Source: a virus. Taken from it: a stretch of 64,000 nucleotides of DNA. Under the pieces are notes generated by a model that was not told where the DNA came from, searched no databases, and saw nothing but the letters and a program-made list of their open reading frames with translations. Position 1 is the first letter of the stretch; each line of letters begins with the position of its first letter. The DNA lies in IMG/VR virus record IMGVR_UViG_3300017963_000033, positions 15,320 through 79,319 of that record; one strand, written 5' to 3'. Both the position numbers and the translations under genes were made by a program. Shown in pieces: positions 18,129 through 28,290 of this stretch.

Positions 18129-18171
18129 AAGAGAGACCGGGGCTACCATCATGGTAGCCCCGGTCTTTTTT
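18129..18171 (+). terminator. intrinsic terminator at the convergence of the two arms (probably bidirectional)
   Basis: 16-bp inverted repeat AGACCGGGGCTACCAT/ATGGTAGCCCCGGTCT followed by a T run. Confidence 0.88.
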
Positions 18172-18175
18172 GCGT

Positions 18176-18796
18176 TTAGGGGAGAATGGTCCTGCTCACC
18201 ATGTACCTCGGGCGCACGTCCCGATAGATGTAGGAACGCCCCCGGTTCACAGCGTCAATCTCCTGAATCTGTCCCTGACTGCCTGTTGTGCCATTGTTGC
18301 GCAGGATGATGAGCACCAGCGGCAACTCGGACAGATAAGGCCCCCAGGTGTCCATGACCTCGGGCCAGACCTCATCCTCAGCCTCTGCCGCCGTCGCATA
18401 CTCGTTGGTATCGTAATAGAATGCAAGCCCCACATCGCTGTATGCCCAGGCCACCCCATCTATGACCAGGCAGATTCCGCGATAGTAATAGGCATTGGTA
18501 TACGATGGTGCCCCATCATCGAGGCCACCTGGCCCAAACTCTGCATCTCCAGGGTCTACAATCTTGGCACGTCCAAAGCCTGGACCATCCGGGCTTTCAT
18601 ACATAATGCCGCCACGGGCATGGACCAGCGTGGATGGTGGACAGCTCGGATACACGGCAAACCAGTAGTGCATGTTATCATATCTGGCCCTGGCCCTCTG
18701 CCGTGCCTGTTCCAATAGGATCTCCTTAAAGTTGTTCAGGATGTCCATATTGGAGGAAATATGCCTTGGCCTAGTATCCTTGCGATAGAATGTCAT
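18176..18796 (-). CDS. putative tail/baseplate protein
   Basis: last gene of the tail operon, coupled start. Confidence 0.55.
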   Translation of the reverse strand: MTFYRKDTRPRHISSNMDILNNFKEILLEQARQRARARYDNMHYWFAVYPSCPPSTLVHARGGIMYESPDGPGFGRAKIVDPGDAEFGPGGLDDGAPSYTNAYYYRGICLVIDGVAWAYSDVGLAFYYDTNEYATAAEAEDEVWPEVMDTWGPYLSELPLVLIILRNNGTTGSQGQIQEIDAVNRGRSYIYRDVRPRYMVSRTILP

Positions 18797-19941
18797 ACTG
18801 TCTCACTTCTGGTCCACAATTCTGCCTTGCCTTCGATGACTTCCTCATTCTGCCCGTCGATGGCCCCGGCGACCTCGGTGATCCTCATGTCATATTCATT
18901 GCCCCACAACACCAGGGTCACCAGATCCCCCAAGGCCCAATCTCTCCCATACAAACACCACTCTGTCTGGACCGGCTTGAATGTGACAGTGGTGATGGCC
19001 CCCAGGTCCACCAGGTACTGCTCCAGGATGTCAGGAACACTGTCGATGCTTGCTGTGTCTGAGACATCCACATAATCCTCACGGCGACGGTAGGGACTCT
19101 CTGCGATGGCATCACTGTTTTCGGCCTCGACAATGTCCTGCTCTCCTCCCCCTCCCTCCCAGCCGCCATAGAGATAGGTCACTTCCTGAGTCCGACTTAC
19201 CCCGACGAATGGTTCCAGCACGTTCTCAAATTCAAGGCTAAAGATGGTGGGATTGGCGGCATATCCTTTCCTGCGGTCGGTGCCATAGTAGGGACAGTAG
19301 GTGCGGAACTCAAAGCCATCACTGACGCGCACCACCCGAAAGTCGGTTTGCCATGTTTCCCCGGCCAGTGTCTTTACAGCCGTTAGGAGCCTATCATAGC
19401 GCCCCTCGTAGCAGCCATACGTTCCCTCGCCTCGGTTGCCCTCCACAGAAAAGTTGCTGAACTGCCTTTCCAGCGCAGCCCCGCCCCCCATGGACTCTGA
19501 AACCATGGCCTTCATCACATCATCGGCAGGTCCAAACATCCACCAGATGCCATAGTCCCGCCACTGCTGCGAGGCGCTGGGCACAGGAGTCAGGACGGGT
19601 TGGTCTATCAACCACTCAGGACTCATGCCGGTGCTGGCCCAGTAATGCTCGTCAAACTGCCCCGTCATCAATTCTTCTGGATTGTGGTGAAACCCATAGA
19701 ATTCCTCATAGTAGCCTGAACCATAGTCCCGCTCTACGAGGATGCCATAATCCACCCGAAAGAGGTCTTTGGTATCTGTCTCGGCTACGAATTCGGCCCG
19801 GTAGACGGTGGCATCGTTCAGCTTGTGATGCCAGGCGATGGATAGGAAGTCGGATTCGTGAACCCCACTGGCATGGAGGAGGGCCAGCTTGGAGCCGGTC
19901 CAATCGCACAGCCACACCTGGTACTGGGCAAACTCAGGCAT
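18793..19941 (-). CDS. ReqiPepy6 Gp37-like tail hub protein
   Basis: YGTDRR..IFSLEFEN, RRREDYVD, YGRDWALGDLVT. Confidence 0.75.
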   Translation of the reverse strand: MPEFAQYQVWLCDWTGSKLALLHASGVHESDFLSIAWHHKLNDATVYRAEFVAETDTKDLFRVDYGILVERDYGSGYYEEFYGFHHNPEELMTGQFDEHYWASTGMSPEWLIDQPVLTPVPSASQQWRDYGIWWMFGPADDVMKAMVSESMGGGAALERQFSNFSVEGNRGEGTYGCYEGRYDRLLTAVKTLAGETWQTDFRVVRVSDGFEFRTYCPYYGTDRRKGYAANPTIFSLEFENVLEPFVGVSRTQEVTYLYGGWEGGGGEQDIVEAENSDAIAESPYRRREDYVDVSDTASIDSVPDILEQYLVDLGAITTVTFKPVQTEWCLYGRDWALGDLVTLVLWGNEYDMRITEVAGAIDGQNEEVIEGKAELWTRSETV

Positions 19942-20956
19942 CGGCAGTCCAGCTCATCTCAATCCCGAGCAGTCGCATGGCGCTGTTGTAACTGTCGGCT
20001 GCGCCGTCTCGGTCCAGTTTGATGATGATGATGTCGCCGGCATTGATGGCGAACGCGGCGATGAGCTGATCCCGGTAGACAGTGGTATTGACCCTGGCCT
20101 GCTGGTCTGGGGTGATGGTGCCATTGGTGTTGGCCAGGGTCCCCCCATAGGGACCGGCATAGGTGTTATAGTCCCACTGGCACAATTCCGCTCCACCCCC
20201 AGCTCCATTCACATCTGGCACCGACCAGACATAAATGTCTACCTGGGCGCTCACCAGCCCTGTGGGAGCCATAAAGTAAACCCATCCCGTGTTGGTTGCG
20301 GCATCCACAAACTCCCAATAATCATAGGATGCACCCGCCGTCCAGGTGCAGGGATTCGTGCTATCGGGCTCAATTTCCCCAGAACCCTTGATCTCGTAGC
20401 GTGTCCGGTCTGGAACTTTGACCGGCGTCACCGCACCCAGGGCATAGTGCTCCGTGTCCACGGCATTGGCTGGCCATTCCGTGGTCCATTGGCAATATTC
20501 CCTGGTGTCGGTCAGGGTGATGGCCCCGGCTGCATTCACTAGCACGGTGGCCAGGGGCACTTCGTAGATGGCCCCGGCTCCCTGGGTCAGCGCCGGCACG
20601 GCAGGGACAGCAGCCTCCGTCCCAACTACCCTTCCGATTCGGGCTGTCTGAATAGACCAATCCCGCCGCACGACAATGCGGTCATAGCGCGATGTGCCGG
20701 CGCTTGGCGTGGGGATGTTGACTGTCACCCCGGCGTCGTTCTCGTAGAACATGCCATAGATGATAGCCGCCCCTGTGTCCACGCTGACCGGACTGGAGGC
20801 CCCAGTGATGGCCAACTCATTCAGCCAACCACGGAGTACCCCCCGGTTTCCGGTGCCATTCAAGAGCGCCCGGAAAAAGGTATCCATCATGTGGCTTTGT
20901 GTATAGGGGCCACCATCCCCTGCAACCCCATCCCAGAACATGCTCGTTTGCGCCAT
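19934..20956 (-). CDS. baseplate/receptor-binding protein paralog 3
   Basis: SMFWDG, GVLRGWLNEL, RYDRIVVRRDW, YEVPLA. Confidence 0.7.
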   Translation of the reverse strand: MAQTSMFWDGVAGDGGPYTQSHMMDTFFRALLNGTGNRGVLRGWLNELAITGASSPVSVDTGAAIIYGMFYENDAGVTVNIPTPSAGTSRYDRIVVRRDWSIQTARIGRVVGTEAAVPAVPALTQGAGAIYEVPLATVLVNAAGAITLTDTREYCQWTTEWPANAVDTEHYALGAVTPVKVPDRTRYEIKGSGEIEPDSTNPCTWTAGASYDYWEFVDAATNTGWVYFMAPTGLVSAQVDIYVWSVPDVNGAGGGAELCQWDYNTYAGPYGGTLANTNGTITPDQQARVNTTVYRDQLIAAFAINAGDIIIIKLDRDGAADSYNSAMRLLGIEMSWTADA

Positions 20957-20957
20957 G

Positions 20958-21950
20958 TCAGCTATCCGCCGTGTATTCGAGTTCGATCAGGTGGACAAAG
21001 GAATTGTATCCGAGTGTGTCCCCACCGGCTGCTCCGTCACGGTAAACTTCCATGTGGACAATGTCTCCCGCTGATAGAGTCAGTGTGGTCAAGGCATCCC
21101 GATACATATAATCATGCAGCCGATTATCATTGGCAATAGCCAGGGTTCCTGCCTGATTGGCCAATACAGCACTGGGCTGCGCATCCCAAGAACTCCATCC
21201 CCACAAGACATCGCCGGCAACAACAACATCCGACCCTGGGCTATTCCAGACATAAAGTGTCATCGTGGCGCTGCTGATGTCGGATGGCACACGAAAGGTA
21301 ACCCATATTGTGTTCAGCGCGGCAGCAGAAAAGCTCCATGCAGGGAAATAGGGCACTCTCGTTGTCTGGGGATAGTTGGTTGGCGGATTGGTTGCATCTG
21401 GCTCCATGGCCCCATAGGGAAAGTAGACAGACCGCGCCTGGTTCTCCAGCTTTGCCGTCGTCACCGCATCGTTCTGAATGTGGTCTGTCTCAACCACATT
21501 GTCCTGCAAAATAGTGCTGAACTCACAGAAATCACGACCATCGGTGATCAGTGTGATGATTCCTGCCAAGGTAGTGACCTGGGCCAGGGGGATGTCGTAG
21601 GTCACCCCTGGGTTCTGCACCAGGGCCGCCACCTGGGTCAGCCTAGCCTGTGGCGTAGCCCAGTCTCTGCGCACGACCACCCACACCGTTGAGTTGTTGG
21701 GTAACGCCACGGTGGCGGCTGCATCATTCTGGTAGAACAGGCCATAGAGGATACCCCCTCCAGTATCCACACTGGCATTGAGGGCACCCCCGTCAGTGAC
21801 CTCCAATTCATTCAGCCAGCCCTTGAGGACTCCTTGATTTCCGGTGCCGTTCAGGAGTGCCCGAAAGAAGCGGTCCATCAATTCATCATCGGTGATGCTG
21901 ACCGCATCTCCTGTGGCGCTCCCATCCCAGAACCTACTGCGCTCTGTCAT
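20958..21950 (-). CDS. baseplate/receptor-binding protein paralog 2
   Basis: SRFWDG, GVLKGWLNEL, VVRRDW, YDIPLA. Confidence 0.7.
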   Translation of the reverse strand: MTERSRFWDGSATGDAVSITDDELMDRFFRALLNGTGNQGVLKGWLNELEVTDGGALNASVDTGGGILYGLFYQNDAAATVALPNNSTVWVVVRRDWATPQARLTQVAALVQNPGVTYDIPLAQVTTLAGIITLITDGRDFCEFSTILQDNVVETDHIQNDAVTTAKLENQARSVYFPYGAMEPDATNPPTNYPQTTRVPYFPAWSFSAAALNTIWVTFRVPSDISSATMTLYVWNSPGSDVVVAGDVLWGWSSWDAQPSAVLANQAGTLAIANDNRLHDYMYRDALTTLTLSAGDIVHMEVYRDGAAGGDTLGYNSFVHLIELEYTADS

Positions 21951-23047
21951 TACAGATACCCTGTGTAGACCAATTCAATGCCTAGAACCAGAGAGGTTGC
22001 AGGGCTAGAATCTGCCTCGATGACATACAGGACAACCTCCTCACCAGTAAGATTGGTGACGCTCATCAACTGATCCCTGCCCACGGTGCCATTCACTGCC
22101 GTTGTACTGCAAGCCACTGTTTCATAGTCTCCAGAATAGGTAACTGGACCCCCATCCACATAATGTTGCCAAGCACTGTTGACCTGACCCAGATTGCTGC
22201 CATCGTACATCCACCATAGGTATACGTCGATGTCTCCCGAGGCCCAGTCATCAGGCACCTTGAAGGACCAATGGCCCATCGGGTCAAAGTTTACAGTTGC
22301 CGTCCAGCCCTCCTCAGAAACTGCGGCGGACTGCCAGACAAAGGCTGTGGTTCCCCCAATTAGCCTCGCTGCGGCAGAATAGGAAAACTGAGTGCTGGTT
22401 GGAGCAGTAGGCGATGGCTGCATATTCCCACCGCCCAGGAATTTCCGCTTGGTTCTTGTCGCTCGGGCGTTATCGTCTACAGACTCATTGGTCAAGTGCG
22501 CCGTGGCAAACGCATCATCCTGTGGATAGACGGTGAACGTCACAAACTCCCGCGCATCGGTGACGGTGATCACCCCGCCCGTGGTCACCTGCAAGGTCGC
22601 CAGGGGAATGTCCCAGATCCCCGTCCCATCTGGGGCCGCACTCTGGGTCATGGCTGGCACACCACTGCCCTCTATCCCGGCAATTCGTGTGATCCTCGCC
22701 GTCTGTGCTGCCCAATCCCGCCGCACGACAATCCGGTCATAGCGCGTGTCGCTGGAAGGGCTGGGCACCGCCACATTCAGGCTGGCATCATTCTCATAGT
22801 ACAGGCCATAGACGATGGCCGCCCCTGTGTCCACTGCCACTGGGGTAGCTACGCCAGTCACCGCCAATTCGTTCAACCAGTTGGCCAGGACACCCCGGTT
22901 GCCATCCCCATTCCACAGCGCCCGACCCATGATGTCCACCCAGGGGGACTCATAGTCCTCGTGGGCCATGTGGTAGCCCCCATTGGGCGTCCAGGTATCG
23001 GCATCTCCCAGGCTTGCGCCGTTCCAAAAGAACGATTTCTGGGTCAT
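21950..23047 (-). CDS. baseplate/receptor-binding protein paralog 1
   Basis: SFFWNG, GVLANWLNEL, RYDRIVVRRDW, WDIPLA. Confidence 0.7.
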   Translation of the reverse strand: MTQKSFFWNGASLGDADTWTPNGGYHMAHEDYESPWVDIMGRALWNGDGNRGVLANWLNELAVTGVATPVAVDTGAAIVYGLYYENDASLNVAVPSPSSDTRYDRIVVRRDWAAQTARITRIAGIEGSGVPAMTQSAAPDGTGIWDIPLATLQVTTGGVITVTDAREFVTFTVYPQDDAFATAHLTNESVDDNARATRTKRKFLGGGNMQPSPTAPTSTQFSYSAAARLIGGTTAFVWQSAAVSEEGWTATVNFDPMGHWSFKVPDDWASGDIDVYLWWMYDGSNLGQVNSAWQHYVDGGPVTYSGDYETVACSTTAVNGTVGRDQLMSVTNLTGEEVVLYVIEADSSPATSLVLGIELVYTGYL

Positions 23048-23973
23048 GTGCCCAAAACCTCCACATACCAACAGACCTGCACGGTGGTCGTCAGGTTGAC
23101 CGCGCTGCCGGCGCTCCACCAGGTCAGGGCGTTGGCCCCCGGCTCTAAGGTGAACGTGCCAAAGTCACCGCCCACATAGGTAATCAGATTCGTGCCCGCA
23201 CCATTCTGGACAGTCTTGTCCGGGATGTTCAAAGTCACCGTCTCGCCGGCAGAGATGGTGTAGCCATCCCATTGCAGTACCGCCCCATTGGCGGCGTTTG
23301 TCAGTGTCCAGTCCTCGGTCGGCCCGGTGATGGCAATGACCGGCTTTGTCTCCCAGGACCCATCATTGTTCGCTGTCAGGGTCGCTGTGCTAACCGTAGT
23401 GCCCAGCAAAAATGGCCCGGTGAATGCCAATTCTAGTTCTGCGTTCTGGGTCAAGGTGCTGGTCGAGACACAGGTCCTGCCACTCGCATCCCGCGTTTCC
23501 CCCACATCCAATGGGCTGTTGACCCACTTGGGAATAGGATCGTAGGCAGTCAAGACCACAGTTCCAGTCTGTACCAACGGCGTGGGTTGTTCCTGGCTGG
23601 ACAGGTCATATCCTCCCGTCACCCACACGTTCTGGTACTCAAACTTGAGTCCGTCCGGGGTGATGAGCCGCAGGATATGCGCTCCATTCTGCGGACTCAA
23701 CATCTCGATGTTGGCCCGGCGCTTGGCATACATATCCCCGCGTCCACATCCCCGCAGGTAGAGAACCAGGTTGATCACCCTGGGCCGAACGGCATAGCCC
23801 CAGTGGCTCTCACCAACCTGGAATGGTGCCCGCGTGGTCCAATGCTGGATAGGCGGCATTCCCAGTCCCGAGACCTGCTGCCCCAACCGTCCAGGGAACG
23901 ACAGGGGATAAACAACCCCATTGGCGTCCTCCAGTTCCAGTTCTGGTGCAGGTCGGTATCCTCGCAGCCTCAT
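23044..23973 (-). CDS. distal tail protein (Dit)
   Basis: follows the tape measure; GLGMPP, PRVINL, NDGSWETKPVIAITGP, LEPGANAL. Confidence 0.8.
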   Translation of the reverse strand: MRLRGYRPAPELELEDANGVVYPLSFPGRLGQQVSGLGMPPIQHWTTRAPFQVGESHWGYAVRPRVINLVLYLRGCGRGDMYAKRRANIEMLSPQNGAHILRLITPDGLKFEYQNVWVTGGYDLSSQEQPTPLVQTGTVVLTAYDPIPKWVNSPLDVGETRDASGRTCVSTSTLTQNAELELAFTGPFLLGTTVSTATLTANNDGSWETKPVIAITGPTEDWTLTNAANGAVLQWDGYTISAGETVTLNIPDKTVQNGAGTNLITYVGGDFGTFTLEPGANALTWWSAGSAVNLTTTVQVCWYVEVLGT

Positions 23974-26900
23974 CGTCGTAGATTCCTCAACGTCATCTCA
24001 TAACCGGCCAGGTCGTCCAGCAGGCTGGCCTCACTCTGATAGCGGGGATAGTTGGCCGTGACCGACAGATTGGTCTGGTTCGTCGTTTGCTGGCTCCCGG
24101 CAAATATGCCTGGCGGCAGGCTGACATGCTCTGCCGGCATGACGCTGCGCATCCCAGAGGCAGTCACGTCGAACGCAGCCTGGATGTTGGCCTGGATGTC
24201 GCTCAGGTCAAAGCCCTTCTCGTACCCGGCAATCTGATCCTTGCCGAACTGCTCAAACCACTTGGATGGGGAATTGCCGCCATATTGGGCATTGAGCCAA
24301 TCAAAGTAGGCTTTCCAGGTCTCGTACATCCCCCCCGGTCCAAACAGGTGCCGCTCCAGGTCCTCACGTTGGCCCTGATACGCATCCGCAAACGCAGTGC
24401 TTTGTTTGGACAGTTCATCTATGATGACCAGTTTCTGTTTGTCCATCTCTGCCAGGATTTTGGCCCGTTCCTCAGACTTTGCATCCTGGATCTGTAGCAA
24501 TTGCTTGGCATAGTGGGCTCTTAATTCTGTTTCACGGTCGGAATAGTTCTGGCGCTCATCCTGCAACTGCTCCTGGAGGCGCTGCCGTTCCTCTTCGGCG
24601 GCGGCCTCCAATCTGGCCTTTTCCTCAGCAAGCTGGCGGTCCAGGTCATCAAGACGTTCCTGGTATCGCCGCGCAATCTCCTCCCGCTCTCGCTGGTTCT
24701 TGATGCGCAGTGCCTCTTGTTGCCGTTGGTATTCCCGCTCAATCTCGGCCAGTTCCCGCTGGTGCTGGATCTCCAGGTCCTGCAATCGCTGGTTGTACTG
24801 GCGCTCCTTCTCGGCCTTTTCCCGCTCAAATCGTTCCTGCTCCTGGGCAAGCTGTTCCTGGTATGCCGCCTCGCGGGCTGCCTGCTCCTCTTCCAACGAG
24901 CCTTCCAGGTTTTCCAGGCGCTTCGCCTGTTCCCTGGCAATGTCGTCGGTAATATCCTCCTGAGCCCAGGCATAGTCCTCATCTATGTTGGCCAGTTCTT
25001 CGAGGAGGGCCGCATAGAGTTCGCGGAAGGGTCCCCCTACCTCGTGAGGCTCAACCTCAATTTCCCCGAGAAAGATGGACCGCAGGAACTCTGCGTACTC
25101 ATCGGCGTAGTTGCTATTCTCCAGGCGCTCAAGCGCCTCGCGCAGGAATTTGAGGCGCGTGTCACTCCGCTTTTCCTCAAAGTCCTCTTCGAGGTCATCC
25201 AATTTCTGTTGCTTGATGTTTTCAATCTCAAGCAGTTTGTTGGCGTGTTCCTGGGCCAGGTCCTCCAGGTCAGAATAATAGTCAGCTTGGAGGTCATCCA
25301 TCCTGCGCTGGTGGTCGCGCTCAATGTCCTCCAGGTCCTGGACCAAGTCCCTGGCCAGGTCCTCACGCTTTTGTGCATATTCCCGCTCGGCATCCTCGAT
25401 GTTTTGGAGGCGGTCGATGGCCAATTCTTTCAGGGCGTTGTTCAGGTCGCGCTCGGCATCTTCCAGGTCCTGCTGGAATTGGATGCCCAGCTCGGCCCGG
25501 TCGCTCCAGTAGTCAGCTACGGCATCGAGGATGTCCCGTTGTAATTCGACATCAATGTCGGCCAGGTCCTGGAGAATGTCGGATACTGAGTCGGCATGGT
25601 CCTCTTCCAGGCCGATGAGGGCATCGTGCAACTGTTCCCGCGCCCGTTCCCTGGCCTCATTCGCCCGCTGGTCGGCGGCAATCAGTTGATCGGCTCCCTT
25701 TTCGGCAACCTTTCTGATGCGGTCCTCAAATTCATCCTGGGCCTCTACAAAATCAATAAAGGACCGCTGCCACAAATCAAGGGAGTGCGCTCCTTCTTGG
25801 GCGGCGGTGACAACCGCTCCCGCTGCCCTGGATACCGCATCAAATTTGTCAACGGCATCTCCAGCCTCAGACGCCATCCTGGCCATGGATTCACCAACTC
25901 CATCGGCCCCACTCTGAACTTCTCGCTGGACCTGGGCGACGGTTTTCATAGCCTCGGCAAAGGCATACGCCTGGGTTTCAGAATATCCCAGGCTGATGGC
26001 CAGGTTATACATCGCCTCTTCATCGGCAAGGATGGCAAGTTCGGCAGCATTCATGGACTGAGCTGCATTGCGCAACCCATCTGCCACAAAGTCCAGCTTT
26101 GTCCTAAATTCCCCGGTTGCCGTAGATACCAGAGAGAAAGAGTTGTAGGTATTGATGAGACGGAACGTCAGTTCCTGAATTTCATCCTGTGCATTCTGTA
26201 ACTCCAGTGCTTGCAATCCCTCACCGGCCTCCTGAGAGGCTTTGGCAATCTCATACAGGCTTTCACTGAGTTCATAGGATGCCAGTTCGGCAACCTCAAT
26301 ATTGGCTCGATAATCCTCATAGCTGTCCGAGGCTTCCAGGATGGCCGCTGCCTCTGCCTGCCGTGCATTGTCCACCGCATCCATAGCAGCAACAAGCCCC
26401 ACGAGGCCGACAATCAACCCACCGGCTCCCAACAAAGCCAGCGAGGAAACGCCCATGGCCCCAGACAACGCGATGAATCCAGCCCGCAACTTGGCAAGTT
26501 GCGGCAATAGGACAATTGCCGTCCCGGTCAAACCCGCGAGGGCCGAGGCCGATCCCCCTGTGGCCAGGATGAATACTTGCATGGGGTCTGACAGCTCTGT
26601 GGCGCTCTGGATGAGGTCCCGCACCAGGGGGAGGGCTGCATCCAGTGCCGGCGTCAGGTGTTCTCCAAACTCCTCAGCCAGGTCTGCCACGTCGGTCTGA
26701 ATGGAGCGGATTTGTTTGGCAGCGGTGCCCATGGCAGCCTCATAGGCCCCGGCAATCGTCGGGGCCTGGGCCAGGACTTCGTTGAAGGCCGCCTGCTGCC
26801 GCTGGGCCACCGTCATGTCTTTGACGGCAACCCCGTTGGCCTGTGCCCAATTTTCGTAGGCAACATTGAGGTTGATCATCAACCCGTAGGTGCGCAGCAC

Positions 26901-27467
26901 CCTCGGGTTCAGGGTTGTGATGCCCCGGACTAGACCCTCAACCGCCACAGAAGAGTCCTGCATGGCGAAAGTGGCTGCATCCTGGGCCAGCCTTGCCAAC
27001 TCTGTGGACCGCTGCCAGTCTAGGTTGTAGCGGATGAGCTGGGCAACGGTTTCATTGGCCACAAGACCGGATAGGTGCAGTTCTCGCACTCCCTGGACCT
27101 GTTCTTGTACCGCCTGCGAGGTCAGGGACGATGCCCTGTCCAGGTCTCCATTGGCCTCTGCCAGCCGCTGGGCATTGATGCGGGTGATTTCCAGGATGGC
27201 TCCCAATTCCTCGATGCGAGACGCGGAGAGACCGATGGCCCCAAGCATACCCAGGCCCGCCGTGCCGGCAGCCGCCAAAGAAACGCCAAGTGCCCTGAAA
27301 TCCGCCTGTGCCTTCTGGGCTGATTGCCCTGCCTGGGCAGACTGCTGGGAGGTTTGGTTTAGGGAGTTGGAAAACTGGTCAAGGGCATCGTTGGCCTTGC
27401 CAAGTTTCAGGATGAACTCGTCATATCCTTGAACGACGAGTTGTACGCCACCCTGCGGTACAGGCAT
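23970..27467 (-). CDS. tape measure protein
   Basis: 1165 aa, Ala-rich helices, hydrophobic segment, 11/22-aa periodic coiled coil, NSPSKWF near the C-terminus. Confidence 0.9.
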   Translation of the reverse strand: MPVPQGGVQLVVQGYDEFILKLGKANDALDQFSNSLNQTSQQSAQAGQSAQKAQADFRALGVSLAAAGTAGLGMLGAIGLSASRIEELGAILEITRINAQRLAEANGDLDRASSLTSQAVQEQVQGVRELHLSGLVANETVAQLIRYNLDWQRSTELARLAQDAATFAMQDSSVAVEGLVRGITTLNPRVLRTYGLMINLNVAYENWAQANGVAVKDMTVAQRQQAAFNEVLAQAPTIAGAYEAAMGTAAKQIRSIQTDVADLAEEFGEHLTPALDAALPLVRDLIQSATELSDPMQVFILATGGSASALAGLTGTAIVLLPQLAKLRAGFIALSGAMGVSSLALLGAGGLIVGLVGLVAAMDAVDNARQAEAAAILEASDSYEDYRANIEVAELASYELSESLYEIAKASQEAGEGLQALELQNAQDEIQELTFRLINTYNSFSLVSTATGEFRTKLDFVADGLRNAAQSMNAAELAILADEEAMYNLAISLGYSETQAYAFAEAMKTVAQVQREVQSGADGVGESMARMASEAGDAVDKFDAVSRAAGAVVTAAQEGAHSLDLWQRSFIDFVEAQDEFEDRIRKVAEKGADQLIAADQRANEARERAREQLHDALIGLEEDHADSVSDILQDLADIDVELQRDILDAVADYWSDRAELGIQFQQDLEDAERDLNNALKELAIDRLQNIEDAEREYAQKREDLARDLVQDLEDIERDHQRRMDDLQADYYSDLEDLAQEHANKLLEIENIKQQKLDDLEEDFEEKRSDTRLKFLREALERLENSNYADEYAEFLRSIFLGEIEVEPHEVGGPFRELYAALLEELANIDEDYAWAQEDITDDIAREQAKRLENLEGSLEEEQAAREAAYQEQLAQEQERFEREKAEKERQYNQRLQDLEIQHQRELAEIEREYQRQQEALRIKNQREREEIARRYQERLDDLDRQLAEEKARLEAAAEEERQRLQEQLQDERQNYSDRETELRAHYAKQLLQIQDAKSEERAKILAEMDKQKLVIIDELSKQSTAFADAYQGQREDLERHLFGPGGMYETWKAYFDWLNAQYGGNSPSKWFEQFGKDQIAGYEKGFDLSDIQANIQAAFDVTASGMRSVMPAEHVSLPPGIFAGSQQTTNQTNLSVTANYPRYQSEASLLDDLAGYEMTLRNLRR

Positions 27468-27470
27468 TTC

Positions 27471-27725
27471 CTATCGCCCCCGTTTCACTGCCTGGGACAA
27501 TGCGTCCTGGCGGTGCATGTCCAGTTCTCGATGGCGGGAGTACCAGGCCATCACCTTGGCCTTAAACCGGGATGGATATTCCCCAGACTCCCATTTCCAC
27601 ATATCAAGTCCCGCTGCCGTCGCCGCTTCCCACTCCATCATCGGCTGGCTCAGTTCCAGCCCCGTCCTCGCCGCGTGTTTCAGCGGATACTCTGCTACGT
27701 CCTCGCCGTGTCTGTGAACCCAGAA
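27471..27725 (-). CDS. tail assembly chaperone extension (+1 frame; not in the ORF track)
   Basis: open frame FWVHRHGEDV...VKRGR* reached from TTT CTG at 27726-27721; ends 3 nt before the TMP start. Confidence 0.6.
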   Translation of the reverse strand, partial: FWVHRHGEDVAEYPLKHAARTGLELSQPMMEWEAATAAGLDMWKWESGEYPSRFKAKVMAWYSRHRELDMHRQDALSQAVKRGR

Positions 27726-28254
27726 ACGTGTCGCGGGCTTGCGCTACCTCCAGGGGGCGCACTCCATAGAGCGGGGCAATGGTGTGCATGTCGGCCCCCG
27801 CTACTGCGACGTACCGCTTATACAGGTACTCCAGGTCAAAGTCATCCTCAAAGTCAAACCCGTCCAGGTTCAGGCGACCTTTCTTGGCCAGGAATTTCAG
27901 GCGTCTCAACCAGGTGGTATCCTCTGGTAGTCCATCTACCAGGTCCACACCGAACAGACACAGGGCATCCAGCACCGCATCCCCACGCTGGACATTTATT
28001 CGCTCCACGGCGGCAAGGTAGACCGGGTCGTTCGGGTTTTCCTCTTCCCGCTCTTTGGCCTCAATCCAAACCCTGGGAACATCTGGATACGGAATGCTGG
28101 CCTTGACATCCTCAACCAGGGATGAGGACACGGCTTTGAGCTGCACCCGGACCCCGCTGGTCAGGGTGACGATAACATCCACGTCACCCTGACCTGCGAT
28201 TTCTTTGGCGCGGTCTTTTACCAGCGCCTTTGGGTTCTTACTGTTTCCATTCAT
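27604..28254 (-). CDS. tail assembly chaperone
   Basis: between tail tube and TMP; strong SD. Confidence 0.7.
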   Translation of the reverse strand: MNGNSKNPKALVKDRAKEIAGQGDVDVIVTLTSGVRVQLKAVSSSLVEDVKASIPYPDVPRVWIEAKEREEENPNDPVYLAAVERINVQRGDAVLDALCLFGVDLVDGLPEDTTWLRRLKFLAKKGRLNLDGFDFEDDFDLEYLYKRYVAVAGADMHTIAPLYGVRPLEVAQARDTFLGSQTRRGRSRVSAETRGEDGAGTEPADDGVGSGDGSGT

Positions 28255-28290
28255 CGTGATTGTCTCCTTTCTTAGGTGACCAGGCGATGC

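Noticed and set aside
19934-23047. DGR or invertible shufflon diversifying the RBPs
   Set aside because: No reverse transcriptase, TR/VR pair, invertase or inverted cassettes seen
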